Part shown: piece by piece, positions 24,726 to 33,710 of the stretch
Numbering within the stretch: position 1 is the first letter of the stretch
Layout of the letters: the number at the start of each line of letters is the position of its first letter
NCBI GenBank assembly: GCA_964353755.1
Contig: CAYGYC010000002.1
Location: 1 to 38,678, forward strand
From: an uncultured archaeon
GTDB lineage: Archaea; Asgardarchaeota; Lokiarchaeia; Helarchaeales; HEL-GB-A
Direction of reading: 5' to 3'
Length of the DNA stretch: 38,678 nt
Position numbers and translations under genes: made by a program
The notes under the pieces: model-generated
Told to the model about the DNA's origin: nothing
Database searches by the model: none
Seen by the model: only the letters and a program-made list of their open reading frames with translations

Positions 24726-27125
24726 TCATTCATTGAAAATAACAGAGACTTCGTTAGAATTATTTGCAGAGAACGCAAGCGTGATCTCAAGTTTATGAGT
24801 AGCGAGGTCATAGTTCCATTTGACCGATGCCGAATTATCTTTTAATTTTATATCTTGAGGGGGTTTCTTGGAATAAATTAATAATTTCAAGGTAGAATTT
24901 GGGGAATATTGGATCGTAAAACTGAGATTCGCTGAATCAATTTGAATATGTGGAATCAATTTATTTGAACAGGTAACAAATTTCTCATGAGCACCAATTA
25001 ACGCAACTCCCTCTTTAATGAAAGGAGCAAATATGAAATATTTATATCCCATTCGTTTGAGAGTTAAATTTATCTCCTCTTCTGGACCTATTTCCTTGAG
25101 CTCATTCGTGAAGAAATCATAAAGCACTCCTTTCTCTGGATATCCCAACTCTTGTAGAGTTACCTTAGGATCTTTCACGCGGTAGTGCCAAAGATTCACC
25201 ACTACAATGTAACGCCAAAAAAGTCCCCCTCTTTGGGTCCAAGTATCCATAATATAGGGTTTTTGATGAATTTTGAACATTAGATCATTCGCTGTAATCG
25301 GACGATCTGGCTTTAGAAGAAGTCCTTCTTCGGTACAAGTTTTTATGAGCAAATCTCGATTAATCCGCTCTGCCCTATCGCCTGGACAAATGATTCCACC
25401 CCCTAAATTGCTGAGTAAGGTCATCTGCTCAGGGTATAGTTCGCGGTAGAACCCTTGTTTAAGAGGAGTTTTTGTAGTGAGATAACAATCCAAGGAAGGC
25501 CAAATCCCAACTCCCCATGCGAGAATGTTAGTTTGACTAAAGTGAGGATAGTAAAATTGTTTTGTGCCCCGTGCATTATAATCCCCTGTGACTCGGACGT
25601 TAGTCACTGCAGGAAATTTTAAGGCATTAAGAAATGCGCCTGAGGGCGCCATACAATATTGTATTGAGATATTATGCCGATGCGCCGCTTCAGCCATCCA
25701 CGTTAGCCAGTTTTCTGCAGCATATACATCTTCTTGAAGGAATGAAATCCGAGAAAAGGTATTAATAAGCCAATCTTGTTCGTACATGATTAGACCCCAT
25801 TCAGCCGCTTGATTCATGAGAGTATCCCAAAAAGCAGGCTCCATCGGGAGAGCTGCTCGCTTGCTAATGATGGATTTATACTTTTTGAGATAAGGTGATT
25901 TCGGTGAAAACCATCGAGAATGGCATGCCAAGGGCAAATTAATCTTTTCATGAAGTGTTTTCAATCCATTCGGGAATTCTGTTGGAATGGCTTCCCAGAG
26001 AATGGTACCTCCGAAAGCAGCCCCACCGATTAATTTCCCGATCCATTTAAATGGAGGATACTTCCATATCGCATTCATGTCTTTCTGGTACCACCAACTA
26101 TCCAATTGAAAGTATTTAATAGGAATTTTCTTTTCCTGAAAAATGTTGCACGCAGAGGTTATTGTTTGTTCGCAGTTCATCCCTTTTTCTTTGCGATAAT
26201 AATAGTAGGCACCGTTTTGTGTCCAAAACCCGAGATTAGCAAGCACAGGATCGGCATAGGGATCTTTAGGAACTTTATTATGATATTTATGCAGATAATC
26301 GCACCAATCCACAATGGCTTTATTAATGCCTTGCGTAAAAAATAGTAAGGTAGAATGTTCATAGCCCGGGGGTATTTCTTTAATTTGTCCCTCTAAACCG
26401 TGGAAAATCATATCCTCTTGCCCAGTAAAAGCGATCATAAAATGATCTAAAGGCCCTAACACAGCTGCATTCAATTCATTATCATAAAAAACGACAGGTC
26501 CTTGAGTACTTTGCTGGGATATACTTCGCATAGGAGGAGAAAAGATGCCATAACGGAAAGCCAGTACTCTCTGATTGGGCCCCTCCTGATTAAAGGATGG
26601 AAATTTGAAAAAGGGGATGTGTAACTTTTTTGTTGCCACATCTTTGAGTCCTAACGGGAATTCTAGCTGAAATTTGATGATTGGTTGATTTGAATAGATA
26701 TAAATACTAGAGTGGACCCGAATGGCGGTTCCCTCTAGTTCCCATTTCATAAAAATTCGTTCAAAAGTGCCAAAAATATCAGAACTGGTGCTTTTTTCGA
26801 GGGATATGAGTTTAATGCTTTGGTTTTTTTGGGATGCATGGGCAGAGTACCAGCGGTTTTGATAGTGAATTTGAAGGGTTCCATTGGATAATCGCCTTCC
26901 CTTTCCAAAATTTATCTCATACCGACCGAACGCATCAACTATGACCTCCGGAATACAGTTTTGAACTTGATCAAATTCCGGTTGCGCGAATCGGTCTAAT
27001 TTACTAGGACGATAGGCAGCATTAACCCGCAGAGCCCAAATTTTCCAGATAAGTGGTATTAAAAAATACGCTATCACGAAAAAAGAGACAAAAAAGATTA
27101 AAATGCTCCACAAATTCATGGTCAA
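24726..27125 (-). CDS. N-terminally membrane-anchored extracellular protein, possible TIM-barrel glycoside hydrolase (function uncertain)
   Basis: N-terminal TM LWSILIFFVSFFVIAYFLIPLIW. Motifs YFQLDSWWYQKD and MYEQDWL resemble the beta-strand-end acidic motifs of clan GH-D (GH27/31/36) enzymes. That similarity is from memory and is not verified. Confidence 0.75.
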   Translation of the reverse strand: MTMNLWSILIFFVSFFVIAYFLIPLIWKIWALRVNAAYRPSKLDRFAQPEFDQVQNCIPEVIVDAFGRYEINFGKGRRLSNGTLQIHYQNRWYSAHASQKNQSIKLISLEKSTSSDIFGTFERIFMKWELEGTAIRVHSSIYIYSNQPIIKFQLEFPLGLKDVATKKLHIPFFKFPSFNQEGPNQRVLAFRYGIFSPPMRSISQQSTQGPVVFYDNELNAAVLGPLDHFMIAFTGQEDMIFHGLEGQIKEIPPGYEHSTLLFFTQGINKAIVDWCDYLHKYHNKVPKDPYADPVLANLGFWTQNGAYYYYRKEKGMNCEQTITSACNIFQEKKIPIKYFQLDSWWYQKDMNAIWKYPPFKWIGKLIGGAAFGGTILWEAIPTEFPNGLKTLHEKINLPLACHSRWFSPKSPYLKKYKSIISKRAALPMEPAFWDTLMNQAAEWGLIMYEQDWLINTFSRISFLQEDVYAAENWLTWMAEAAHRHNISIQYCMAPSGAFLNALKFPAVTNVRVTGDYNARGTKQFYYPHFSQTNILAWGVGIWPSLDCYLTTKTPLKQGFYRELYPEQMTLLSNLGGGIICPGDRAERINRDLLIKTCTEEGLLLKPDRPITANDLMFKIHQKPYIMDTWTQRGGLFWRYIVVVNLWHYRVKDPKVTLQELGYPEKGVLYDFFTNELKEIGPEEEINLTLKRMGYKYFIFAPFIKEGVALIGAHEKFVTCSNKLIPHIQIDSANLSFTIQYSPNSTLKLLIYSKKPPQDIKLKDNSASVKWNYDLATHKLEITLAFSANNSNEVSVIFNE

Positions 27126-27347
27126 CCCTACTTGGATAATTATTTCTTTTAGCGAAACTTATTCTAAAGCGAAAAATATCACTAATACCAGCAGAGCCAA
27201 TGCTAAAGCAATGACTAAGAGCTGTATACTAAATATTCTAATATAATTTCTTCTCTTTATTATATTCAAATCTTTAAAAAGTTTTGTTTTCAAAATATCT
27301 TGGATTTTAGATAAGTTTAAGAGTTATAATCGTAAAGGGATATAGTT

Positions 27348-27692
27348 ATGGAATTTTGGTGCGACGAATGCGGCAGTTTAATGTATCACCTTAAAAAAGG
27401 CGGTAAAAGTGTTCTTACTTGCAAGCGCTGTGGTTTCACCAAAGAACCCGATGGAGAAATTACTGATGAAGCATTTACAATCTCAACAAAAATCCGACAC
27501 TCCGAAAAAGATCGCATAGAAATTATAAAAGATGATGGTTTAAAGGCAATGCCTACTACCAAAGAGGCACAATGTCCTAAATGTAACAATAGAGAGATAG
27601 CTTATTGGCAAGTACAAACCCGGGGCGCAGATGAAGGGATGACAACATTCTATCGATGCATAAAATGTAAATTCACTTGGCGCGCTTACTAA
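27348..27692 (+). CDS. tfs: transcription factor S (TFS; TFIIS/Rpb9-like cleavage factor)
   Basis: N-terminal Zn ribbon CDECGSLM...CKRCG. C-terminal ribbon CPKCNNREIAYWQVQTRGADEGMTTFYRCIKCKFTW carries the acidic QTR.ADE hairpin. Confidence 0.92.
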   Translation: MEFWCDECGSLMYHLKKGGKSVLTCKRCGFTKEPDGEITDEAFTISTKIRHSEKDRIEIIKDDGLKAMPTTKEAQCPKCNNREIAYWQVQTRGADEGMTTFYRCIKCKFTWRAY

Positions 27693-27753
27693 CACAATTC
27701 AAACACCAGTATCCTTAAAATTTAATGTAAATTCATTTTCTAGAGGAAAAAGA

Positions 27754-28182
27754 ATGGTTATCGAGAAATTAAAAACAATCAAACAATTCTCCAACATTAA
27801 AGAAATTCTAATTAATAAAGATTTAGCTATGCTCGGAGATTCTTTTGTCAATTTCATCTACTCCCTAGCAAAATCATATGCATTAGAAAAATTCGATGGT
27901 TGGAAAATACCTAATAAAGTGTTAGCTCAAGCCTTACGTGATGCAGAAATGCGTTATTTAGTCTCCCATAAAGCAAGTAGGCATAATTTAGGAGACGCCG
28001 TTGAAGCCCTCATTGTTCATGCTTGGCTCTATCAAAATATTTCCATCGAAGAACTAACCACTATTCTATATACACAATTGAAAACTGGCGACTTTTCAGA
28101 TCGAAAAAAGGAAGAACGCAGTGCTGTCCAGGCATTTACTTCTTTATTGCTGGAAATTCGAAATAAATACAAACTAAAATAA
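27754..28182 (+). CDS. archaeal RNase III-like domain protein
   Basis: LAMLGDSFVNFIYSLAKS and LGDAVEALIVHAWLY align with the two RNase III signature helices (ERLEFLGDA / DAFEALIGA). The first catalytic Glu position is Ala here. Confidence 0.5.
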   Translation: MVIEKLKTIKQFSNIKEILINKDLAMLGDSFVNFIYSLAKSYALEKFDGWKIPNKVLAQALRDAEMRYLVSHKASRHNLGDAVEALIVHAWLYQNISIEELTTILYTQLKTGDFSDRKKEERSAVQAFTSLLLEIRNKYKLK

Positions 28183-28217
28183 GATATGAAATAATTAATC
28201 TCTAAGTTGATTATTTT

Positions 28218-28508
28218 TTACGATTCTGATATTACATGTTCAAACTTTGTCTCAAACTCTTCTATACTTGCTTCTAACCTCTTTAGCGCATCCTCTAATG
28301 CCTGGGTAGGACTTTTTTCTTTATTAGTTTTTATATAAAATCGGAGTTCTTTAATCAAGGGATGCTTTATCATATAGCCGGTGTGAACCACCGCTGGATC
28401 ATTGAACAATTCCTTGCGTAATATGTTCATTAAGGTGTGCCCTTCTTCATAAATATTCAGTTCAATTTCGTTCTCGGTTTTATTTAAAATCTCAATTTTC
28501 ATGTCCAA
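28218..28508 (-). CDS. rpoL: DNA-directed RNA polymerase subunit L (Rpo11/Rpb11)
   Basis: KIEILNKTENEIELNIYEEGHTLMNILRKELFNDPAVVHTGYMIKHPL matches the RpoL pattern (EDHTLgN.L...L....V.fagY...HP). The start may be Met3 (28502). Confidence 0.9.
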   Translation of the reverse strand: MDMKIEILNKTENEIELNIYEEGHTLMNILRKELFNDPAVVHTGYMIKHPLIKELRFYIKTNKEKSPTQALEDALKRLEASIEEFETKFEHVISES

Positions 28509-28614
28509 AAACCTCGATAAAAAAAATAAAATCCTAATTAAAAATTTTATCTATTAGATTTTTGAGCAGATTTACATTAAAAATATTTGGAAAAATTTAA
28601 AGTAGGAAATCATT

Positions 28615-28830
28615 TTGGCTAGAACCCGAAGGAAAGAGTTAGTATTTTTTTTGAAAGATCCCGAGAAACAGGCAAAATTTCTAGAGACCGTGCATAAGAA
28701 AATTACAATGGTGAATATACATATCGAATCAAAGTTGGATAAAATAAGATTAACGATTTCAGGAACCCATGAAAGCGTACGCTATGCCATTCAAATCATT
28801 AGAGGGATTGAAACTGCCTTAAAAAGTTAA
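28615..28830 (+). CDS. hypothetical small protein (71 aa, TTG start)
   Basis: ORF only. It overlaps the csl4 3' end by 4 nt in convergent orientation. No family recognised. Confidence 0.3.
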   Translation: MARTRRKELVFFLKDPEKQAKFLETVHKKITMVNIHIESKLDKIRLTISGTHESVRYAIQIIRGIETALKS

Positions 28831-29411
28831 GGATGGTAGGTTCCATAATTCTGAGAGACTTTTCGGCTTTCAGTGATATTGCAATTCGCACAATGAAGCC
28901 GCGGTCCTGCTTGTTTTAAAATGGCGCCACACTCAGAACAATAGGCTAAAATGACGCCAAGATCAGGAGCAGCGGTACTAAGGAAAAACGGAATTATGGT
29001 GTCATCTATTACTACAGCCTTGATAATATCTCCGACTTTAAAGGCATCTGAGAGACTTTCAAGATAGGTCTTTGAGACTTGCGAAATATGAATCATTCCT
29101 TCAAAATCAGTTGAAGGATTAAATCCGGGAACATTGGTAATGTCCGCAATTGTCATTTGCTTCCGGACCATGTTTATTTGGCCAACTATAATATCGCCCT
29201 TTTTGGGAAGGGTGGGTTTGTTTTCCTTGGGCATTACTGAAATGCGTTTTTCCTTATTATCGATTTTGATTTCACCAATAATGCAAGAAAATATTATGCC
29301 ATTTTTAGTATACGTTCCTCTACCTGGCATATACATTTCTTCTACGCTGATCTTTTGTCCCGGAATGACGAGATCGCCGGATTTTATCTCACTTTTTTCC
29401 AATTTTATCAA
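28827..29411 (-). CDS. csl4: exosome complex RNA-binding cap protein Csl4
   Basis: N-terminal domain GDLVIPGQKISVEEMYMPGRGTY, S1 domain GDIIVGQINMVRKQMTIADI...GMIHISQV, and C-terminal Zn ribbon CSECGAILKQAGPRLHCANCN. The only usable in-frame start after the upstream stop is TTG at 29411. Confidence 0.88.
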   Translation of the reverse strand: MIKLEKSEIKSGDLVIPGQKISVEEMYMPGRGTYTKNGIIFSCIIGEIKIDNKEKRISVMPKENKPTLPKKGDIIVGQINMVRKQMTIADITNVPGFNPSTDFEGMIHISQVSKTYLESLSDAFKVGDIIKAVVIDDTIIPFFLSTAAPDLGVILAYCSECGAILKQAGPRLHCANCNITESRKVSQNYGTYHP

Positions 29412-29482
29412 CAGCTCATTATGAATTTACTTTTTAATTAAATTTTTTGATCAACAGCTCATTATGAATTTACTTTTTAATT
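29407..29482. repeat. tandem duplication: perfect 33-nt direct repeat (29407-29439 and 29450-29482, 43-nt period) covering the csl4 start
   Basis: ATCAACAGCTCATTATGAATTTACTTTTTAATT occurs twice. On the coding (minus) strand each copy reads AATTAAAAAGTAAATTCATAATGAGCTGTTGAT, which contains a mini-ORF ATG AGC TGT TGA. In the proximal copy its stop overlaps the csl4 TTG start. Confidence 0.85.
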
Positions 29483-29486
29483 GTAT

Positions 29487-30140
29487 TTATTGTATTTTTA
29501 CTTTACTAATGATTCGGTAGAGATCTATTTGCACGGGATAGGACTTCTTTTGATGGAACTCAAAAAGATGAGGAATTACTATCTGAAGAGGGATGATGGC
29601 ATCAACGATTGCCTGTTGATTTTGGATCAAATTTCGTAAAAAAGTTTGGTTTTTCGTTCCAGATTTATGGATAGAGTAAATTATTGGCGCATTTCGCATA
29701 GCTTTCTTTAAAAAAATACTATCCATGCCGCGATCTCTCTTCTGTACTCCAAAAGGTGGATTTTGGATGATCACATCAACAGTGATATTAAAATCTTGGA
29801 TATTCATCTGAACCCATCTAATTTTATCAAAAATATTCAGGGTTTTCGCATTTTGATCTGCTATATCTAATTGCCGTCGGTCTATATCAACGCCAATAAC
29901 TTGTTTGGCACCTAATAACGCGGCACCTATTGCTAATAGACCAGTTCCACACCCCAAATCGCCGATCATTTTATTCTGAATGTCGTTGTAGGTATTGGAG
30001 ATGATAGAAAGAATCGTTGAAGCGCCTTGGGGGGTAATGGAATATTGTTCTAATTCGGGTTTAGGATTCTCCATTTCTTTTAAATTTTGCAATACTATTT
30101 CAAGTTTTTTCCTTGAAACTAATCTTTTCTGAGAAACCAT
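29487..30140 (-). CDS. SAM-dependent methyltransferase, COG2263 / METTL5-like (NPPF N6-adenine type)
   Basis: SAM motif I is IGDLGCGTGLLAIGAALLGA, followed by VIGVDID and the catalytic motif IIQNPPFG. The position next to csl4 is conserved in archaea. Confidence 0.85.
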   Translation of the reverse strand: MVSQKRLVSRKKLEIVLQNLKEMENPKPELEQYSITPQGASTILSIISNTYNDIQNKMIGDLGCGTGLLAIGAALLGAKQVIGVDIDRRQLDIADQNAKTLNIFDKIRWVQMNIQDFNITVDVIIQNPPFGVQKRDRGMDSIFLKKAMRNAPIIYSIHKSGTKNQTFLRNLIQNQQAIVDAIIPLQIVIPHLFEFHQKKSYPVQIDLYRIISKVKIQ

Positions 30141-30186
30141 GGTGGATTACACTGGGTTTATTTCAATCATCAACATATAAAACAAA

Positions 30187-30315
30187 TCAATTTCCTTTAT
30201 TTTTACAACCACAGACCGAAAATTCATGAACTTTTTTATCATTTTCCCAAAAAGAAATAAGTATGATTGGCTTTTTACATTTATTACAAATTTTTGGGGT
30301 ATCTATTTTGCTCAT
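30187..30315 (-). CDS. candidate Cys-rich micro-protein (42 aa, CxxC...CxC), below the ORF-track cutoff
   Basis: My translation is MSKIDTPKICNKCKKPIILISFWENDKKVHEFSVCGCKNKGN*. It has an ATG start and fills the otherwise empty 209-nt gap between enolase and the methyltransferase on the same strand. No clear SD. Confidence 0.25.
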   Translation of the reverse strand: MSKIDTPKICNKCKKPIILISFWENDKKVHEFSVCGCKNKGN

Positions 30316-30349
30316 TTAAATTCCAGTGATCTGAATTCTCAATTATATG

Positions 30350-31666
30350 TTAAAATTCTTTCCAGGCTTTTCCATAATTCGTTCCCGCATAGATTGCGCG
30401 ATTGCCTAATTGCTCTTCAATTCTAAGAAGCTGATTATATTTGGCAGTTCGTTCACCGCGTGCAGAGGCGCCTGCTTTAATCAAGCCCGAATTGAGACCG
30501 ACTGCTAAATCTGCAATCAAAGTATCCTCGGTTTCACCACTTCGGTGACTAACAATCACTGCATAATTATGTGAATAAGCTAAAAGAGCCGTTGAAATAG
30601 CTTCCGATAAGGTACCACATTGATTCACTTTAAGAAGAATACAATTACCTGCTTTTTTATCAATTCCAAGTTGCAGCCGTTTAGATTGAGAAACAAAAAG
30701 GTCATCACCCACAATCAACGCTTGAGATCCAAGGATTTTGGTTAGTTTCGCAGTATTCTCAAAATCCCTTTCCTGAAAGGGATCTTCGATCGAGCCTAAT
30801 GGGTATGATTCCACCAAATTTCGATAATAATCGGTTAATTCACCAGCACTCAGTTGCTTCCCATCGATCGTATAGGATTCTTTCGTATGAAATTCACTCG
30901 CCGCGGCATCAATTGCAAAAATAACATCTTTTTTAGGGCTGTAATTCGCAGTTTCAACGGCAGAAACTAGGATTTCAAAAGCTTCCCGGCTCGTTTTCAT
31001 ATTTGGCGCAAATCCCCCCTCATCGCCTACATTTATTGCAGTTTTCCCATATTTTTTTTCTAAAAGGGATTTCAAGGTCTGATAAATTTCACTTAACGCT
31101 TGAATTGCCGCTTGATACGTCTTAAAATTGATGGGAAGAACCATGAATTCTTGAATAGTGAGATCATTTCCTGCATGTTTCCCTCCGTTAATAATATTCG
31201 CCATGGGTACGGGAAGTAAGAATTTATCTTTTGTAGTAGTATGAGAAAGGGTATATAAATATTGATAGAGCGATTGATTTTTTACTTGGGCAGCTAATTT
31301 GGCTACAGCAAGCGAGACCGATAAAATGGCATTCGCCCCTAAATTGGCTTTGTTTGGGGTTCCATCTAACTCGATCATCGCGCCATCAATATTCTTCTGC
31401 TCAAATACATTCATTCCTGTTATTTTGGGAGCTATTTTCTGATTAACATTTTGAATTGCTTTTTTAACGCCTTTTCCTTTAAATTCCGGGGTTTGATCTC
31501 GAAGTTCGAGTGCTTCATAAGTTCCGGTTGATGCCCCCGAGGGGACTGCTGCTCGCGCTTGGAAATTATTTTCAGAAAAAACCTCCGTTTCGACGGTTGG
31601 ATTTCCGCGGGAATCCAATATCCACCTGGCATGAATCTTTTTAATTACAACTTTAGAATTATTCAT
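30350..31666 (-). CDS. eno: enolase (phosphopyruvate hydratase)
   Basis: IHARWILDSRGNPTVETEV and SHRSGETEDTLIADLAV are present, and the full-length 438 aa is collinear with the enolase family. Confidence 0.97.
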   Translation of the reverse strand: MNNSKVVIKKIHARWILDSRGNPTVETEVFSENNFQARAAVPSGASTGTYEALELRDQTPEFKGKGVKKAIQNVNQKIAPKITGMNVFEQKNIDGAMIELDGTPNKANLGANAILSVSLAVAKLAAQVKNQSLYQYLYTLSHTTTKDKFLLPVPMANIINGGKHAGNDLTIQEFMVLPINFKTYQAAIQALSEIYQTLKSLLEKKYGKTAINVGDEGGFAPNMKTSREAFEILVSAVETANYSPKKDVIFAIDAAASEFHTKESYTIDGKQLSAGELTDYYRNLVESYPLGSIEDPFQERDFENTAKLTKILGSQALIVGDDLFVSQSKRLQLGIDKKAGNCILLKVNQCGTLSEAISTALLAYSHNYAVIVSHRSGETEDTLIADLAVGLNSGLIKAGASARGERTAKYNQLLRIEEQLGNRAIYAGTNYGKAWKEF

Positions 31667-31978
31667 CGATCACACATCCTATTTGTTTCACTCTATAATT
31701 CTCTTAAAATTTTATAAAGAATTTCTTTTGAGATAAATTTTAATGCGTTGTTAGTAGAATAAAGAATTAAAAATTTAAATTACTGTAAATTCTTTAGAGA
31801 TTCAACCCCAAAGATTTGTAAAAGAGAACAGAAAATACAGATTTTTAGGGTTTATGAACGAAAAGTAGAATAAATAAAAGAATTGCAGATCAATTTAAAA
31901 AAGAAAATTAGATGTATAAGGAATTTGTGAGTTTAGAGATTCATTTCATGAATTCAGAGAAAGTGTGAGGTATAAAAG

Positions 31979-32698
31979 ATGTTTGCACCACCCGGTCTTG
32001 GATATGACCGTGCCATAACCCAATTCTCGCCAGATGGCAGGCTCTTTCAGGTTGAATATGCAATAGAGGCGGTTCGGAGAGGCACAACTGCTATTGGAAT
32101 TAGATGTGTAGAAGGTGTGGTTTTAGCAGTTGAAAAAAGAGTATTAAGTTTGCAAGAACCCGAAACCGTTGAAAAACTTTTTACTATTGATGAACATGTG
32201 GGAGCGGCCATTGCGGGCTTAACTGCAGATGCACGAGTTTTAATAGATAATGCCAGAATTCAATCGCAAATTAATCGGTTGTATTACAATGAAGCTATTA
32301 ATCTTTCGGTTTTAACGAAGCGTATTTGCGATTTAAAACAATTGTACACGCAACATGCTGGTGTACGCCCATTTGGCGTTTCCTTATTAATTGCAGGAAT
32401 TGATGATTCACCAAAATTGTTCATGACCGACCCTTCCGGTGCTTTTTGGGGATATCGAGCTCAAGCAATAGGCGCAGGTGCGCAAACCGTTCGCGAAGAA
32501 TTGGAAAAGGAATATGATGAAAATAAATCCATGGAAGAAATTATTATTCTAGCATTAAAGGCACTAAAAAAAGTCATCGAAACGGAGTTAGACCCTACAA
32601 AAGCGGAAATTGCAGTAATTAAAACGGACACTAAAAAATTTGAACGACTTTCATACAGTGAAATGGATAGTTACATCAAAAAAGCACTTAGCAGCTGA
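31979..32698 (+). CDS. psmA: proteasome subunit alpha
   Basis: YDRAITQFSPDGRLFQVEYAIEAV signature. A GAGGT SD lies upstream of the ATG. Confidence 0.96.
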   Translation: MFAPPGLGYDRAITQFSPDGRLFQVEYAIEAVRRGTTAIGIRCVEGVVLAVEKRVLSLQEPETVEKLFTIDEHVGAAIAGLTADARVLIDNARIQSQINRLYYNEAINLSVLTKRICDLKQLYTQHAGVRPFGVSLLIAGIDDSPKLFMTDPSGAFWGYRAQAIGAGAQTVREELEKEYDENKSMEEIIILALKALKKVIETELDPTKAEIAVIKTDTKKFERLSYSEMDSYIKKALSS

Positions 32699-32748
32699 TA
32701 TAATAAGTGAGATAATTAATAACAAAAAGCAATAGTGGTTTGTGAATA

Positions 32749-33465
32749 ATGATGGGAATGCGCGGCGATAAGCGCATAGATTTAGGCGATGCAGTAATAG
32801 CTCGATACGAAACGAGCGGGGAGAAATTTGAAATCCTCGTCCACCCGAATTTAGCTTGGGATTATCGCAAAGGAAAAGAAATAGAAATTAGCGATATATT
32901 AGTGGGTGACACTGTTTTTGAGGACGCACACCGAGGAAAAAAAGCAACCAAAGAAAGTTTACAAAAAGTATTCGGTAACATTGATTCTAGCGAAATTATC
33001 AAGCAGATTCTGACCAACGGAGAAATTCAGCTGACTACTGAGCAAAGACGGAAGATAGTCGAGGAAAAACGAAAGCAAATAATAACCTATATTGCTCAAA
33101 ATGCCATCAATCCACAAACAAGTCTTCCACATCCACCCGCCCGTATAGAGCGAGCTTTGGAGGAAGTAAGAGTTATAATAGATCCGTGGAAAAACGTAGA
33201 AGACCAAGTGAAAGATCTTGTCAGAAGCTTAGAGCCGATATTACCTATCCGATTAGAAAAAATAACCTTCGCCGTTAAATTGCCAGGAAAATTTCAAGCG
33301 AAAGCGTACCAAATAATTATACGGAATGGGACAATAACCAAGGAAGAATGGCAGGCAGATGGAAATTGGATTGCTTTAGTTGAAATGGCAGCTGGAATGC
33401 AACCAAACGTTGTAGACCAATTGAGCAAACTCACAAAAGGCCGTATAGAAGTTAAAAAATTATGA
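32749..33465 (+). CDS. SBDS/Sdo1-family ribosome maturation protein
   Basis: [49 protein letters not shown] matches the FYSH domain. The position between psmA and rrp4 is canonical. Confidence 0.92.
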   Translation: MMGMRGDKRIDLGDAVIARYETSGEKFEILVHPNLAWDYRKGKEIEISDILVGDTVFEDAHRGKKATKESLQKVFGNIDSSEIIKQILTNGEIQLTTEQRRKIVEEKRKQIITYIAQNAINPQTSLPHPPARIERALEEVRVIIDPWKNVEDQVKDLVRSLEPILPIRLEKITFAVKLPGKFQAKAYQIIIRNGTITKEEWQADGNWIALVEMAAGMQPNVVDQLSKLTKGRIEVKKL

Positions 33466-33500
33466 AATTGTTGAAAAATAAAAAGGTTTGAGGTGTTTTT

Positions 33501-33701
33501 ATGAGTATACTTTTTGAAAAGAAAAAAGTTGTTATTCCAGGAGAATCTCTTGCTGAAGGAGATTATAGAGCGGGTTCCGGTACTTATAAAGAAGGAAATT
33601 TAATTAGATCATCTATTATAGGATTGCCGGAAATGAGGAATAATTTCGTTTATGTAATTCCGCTTCAGGGAGCGTATATATCGAATCTAAGATATGCGTA
33701 A
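33501..33701 (+). CDS. rrp4: exosome cap protein Rrp4, N-terminal-domain fragment ending at an in-frame TAA
   Basis: VVIPGESLAEGDYRAGSGTYKEGNLIRSSIIGL...VYVIPLQGAYI is the Rrp4 NTD. It is in the same frame as 33711..34226, separated by TAA and three codons. Confidence 0.8.
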   Translation: MSILFEKKKVVIPGESLAEGDYRAGSGTYKEGNLIRSSIIGLPEMRNNFVYVIPLQGAYISNLRYA

Positions 33702-33710
33702 ATCCCTAAA

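Noticed and set aside
24698-24811. I noted an apparent 86-nt overlap between the 799-aa gene and the subtilase ORF.
   Set aside because: This is an artefact of taking the longest ORF. The signal peptide begins after Met39/Met44 (24697/24682), which removes the overlap.
29407-29482. I asked whether the 33-nt perfect repeat could be a CRISPR array or a mobile-element end.
   Set aside because: There are only two copies, the spacer is 10 nt, and there are no cas genes or transposase. A local tandem duplication fits better.
31793-31943. The 12-mer TTTAGAGATTCA is repeated at 31793-31804 and 31932-31943 in the eno/psmA divergent spacer.
   Set aside because: It is a short motif in a very AT-rich 312-nt region, so I cannot exclude chance without genome-wide statistics.
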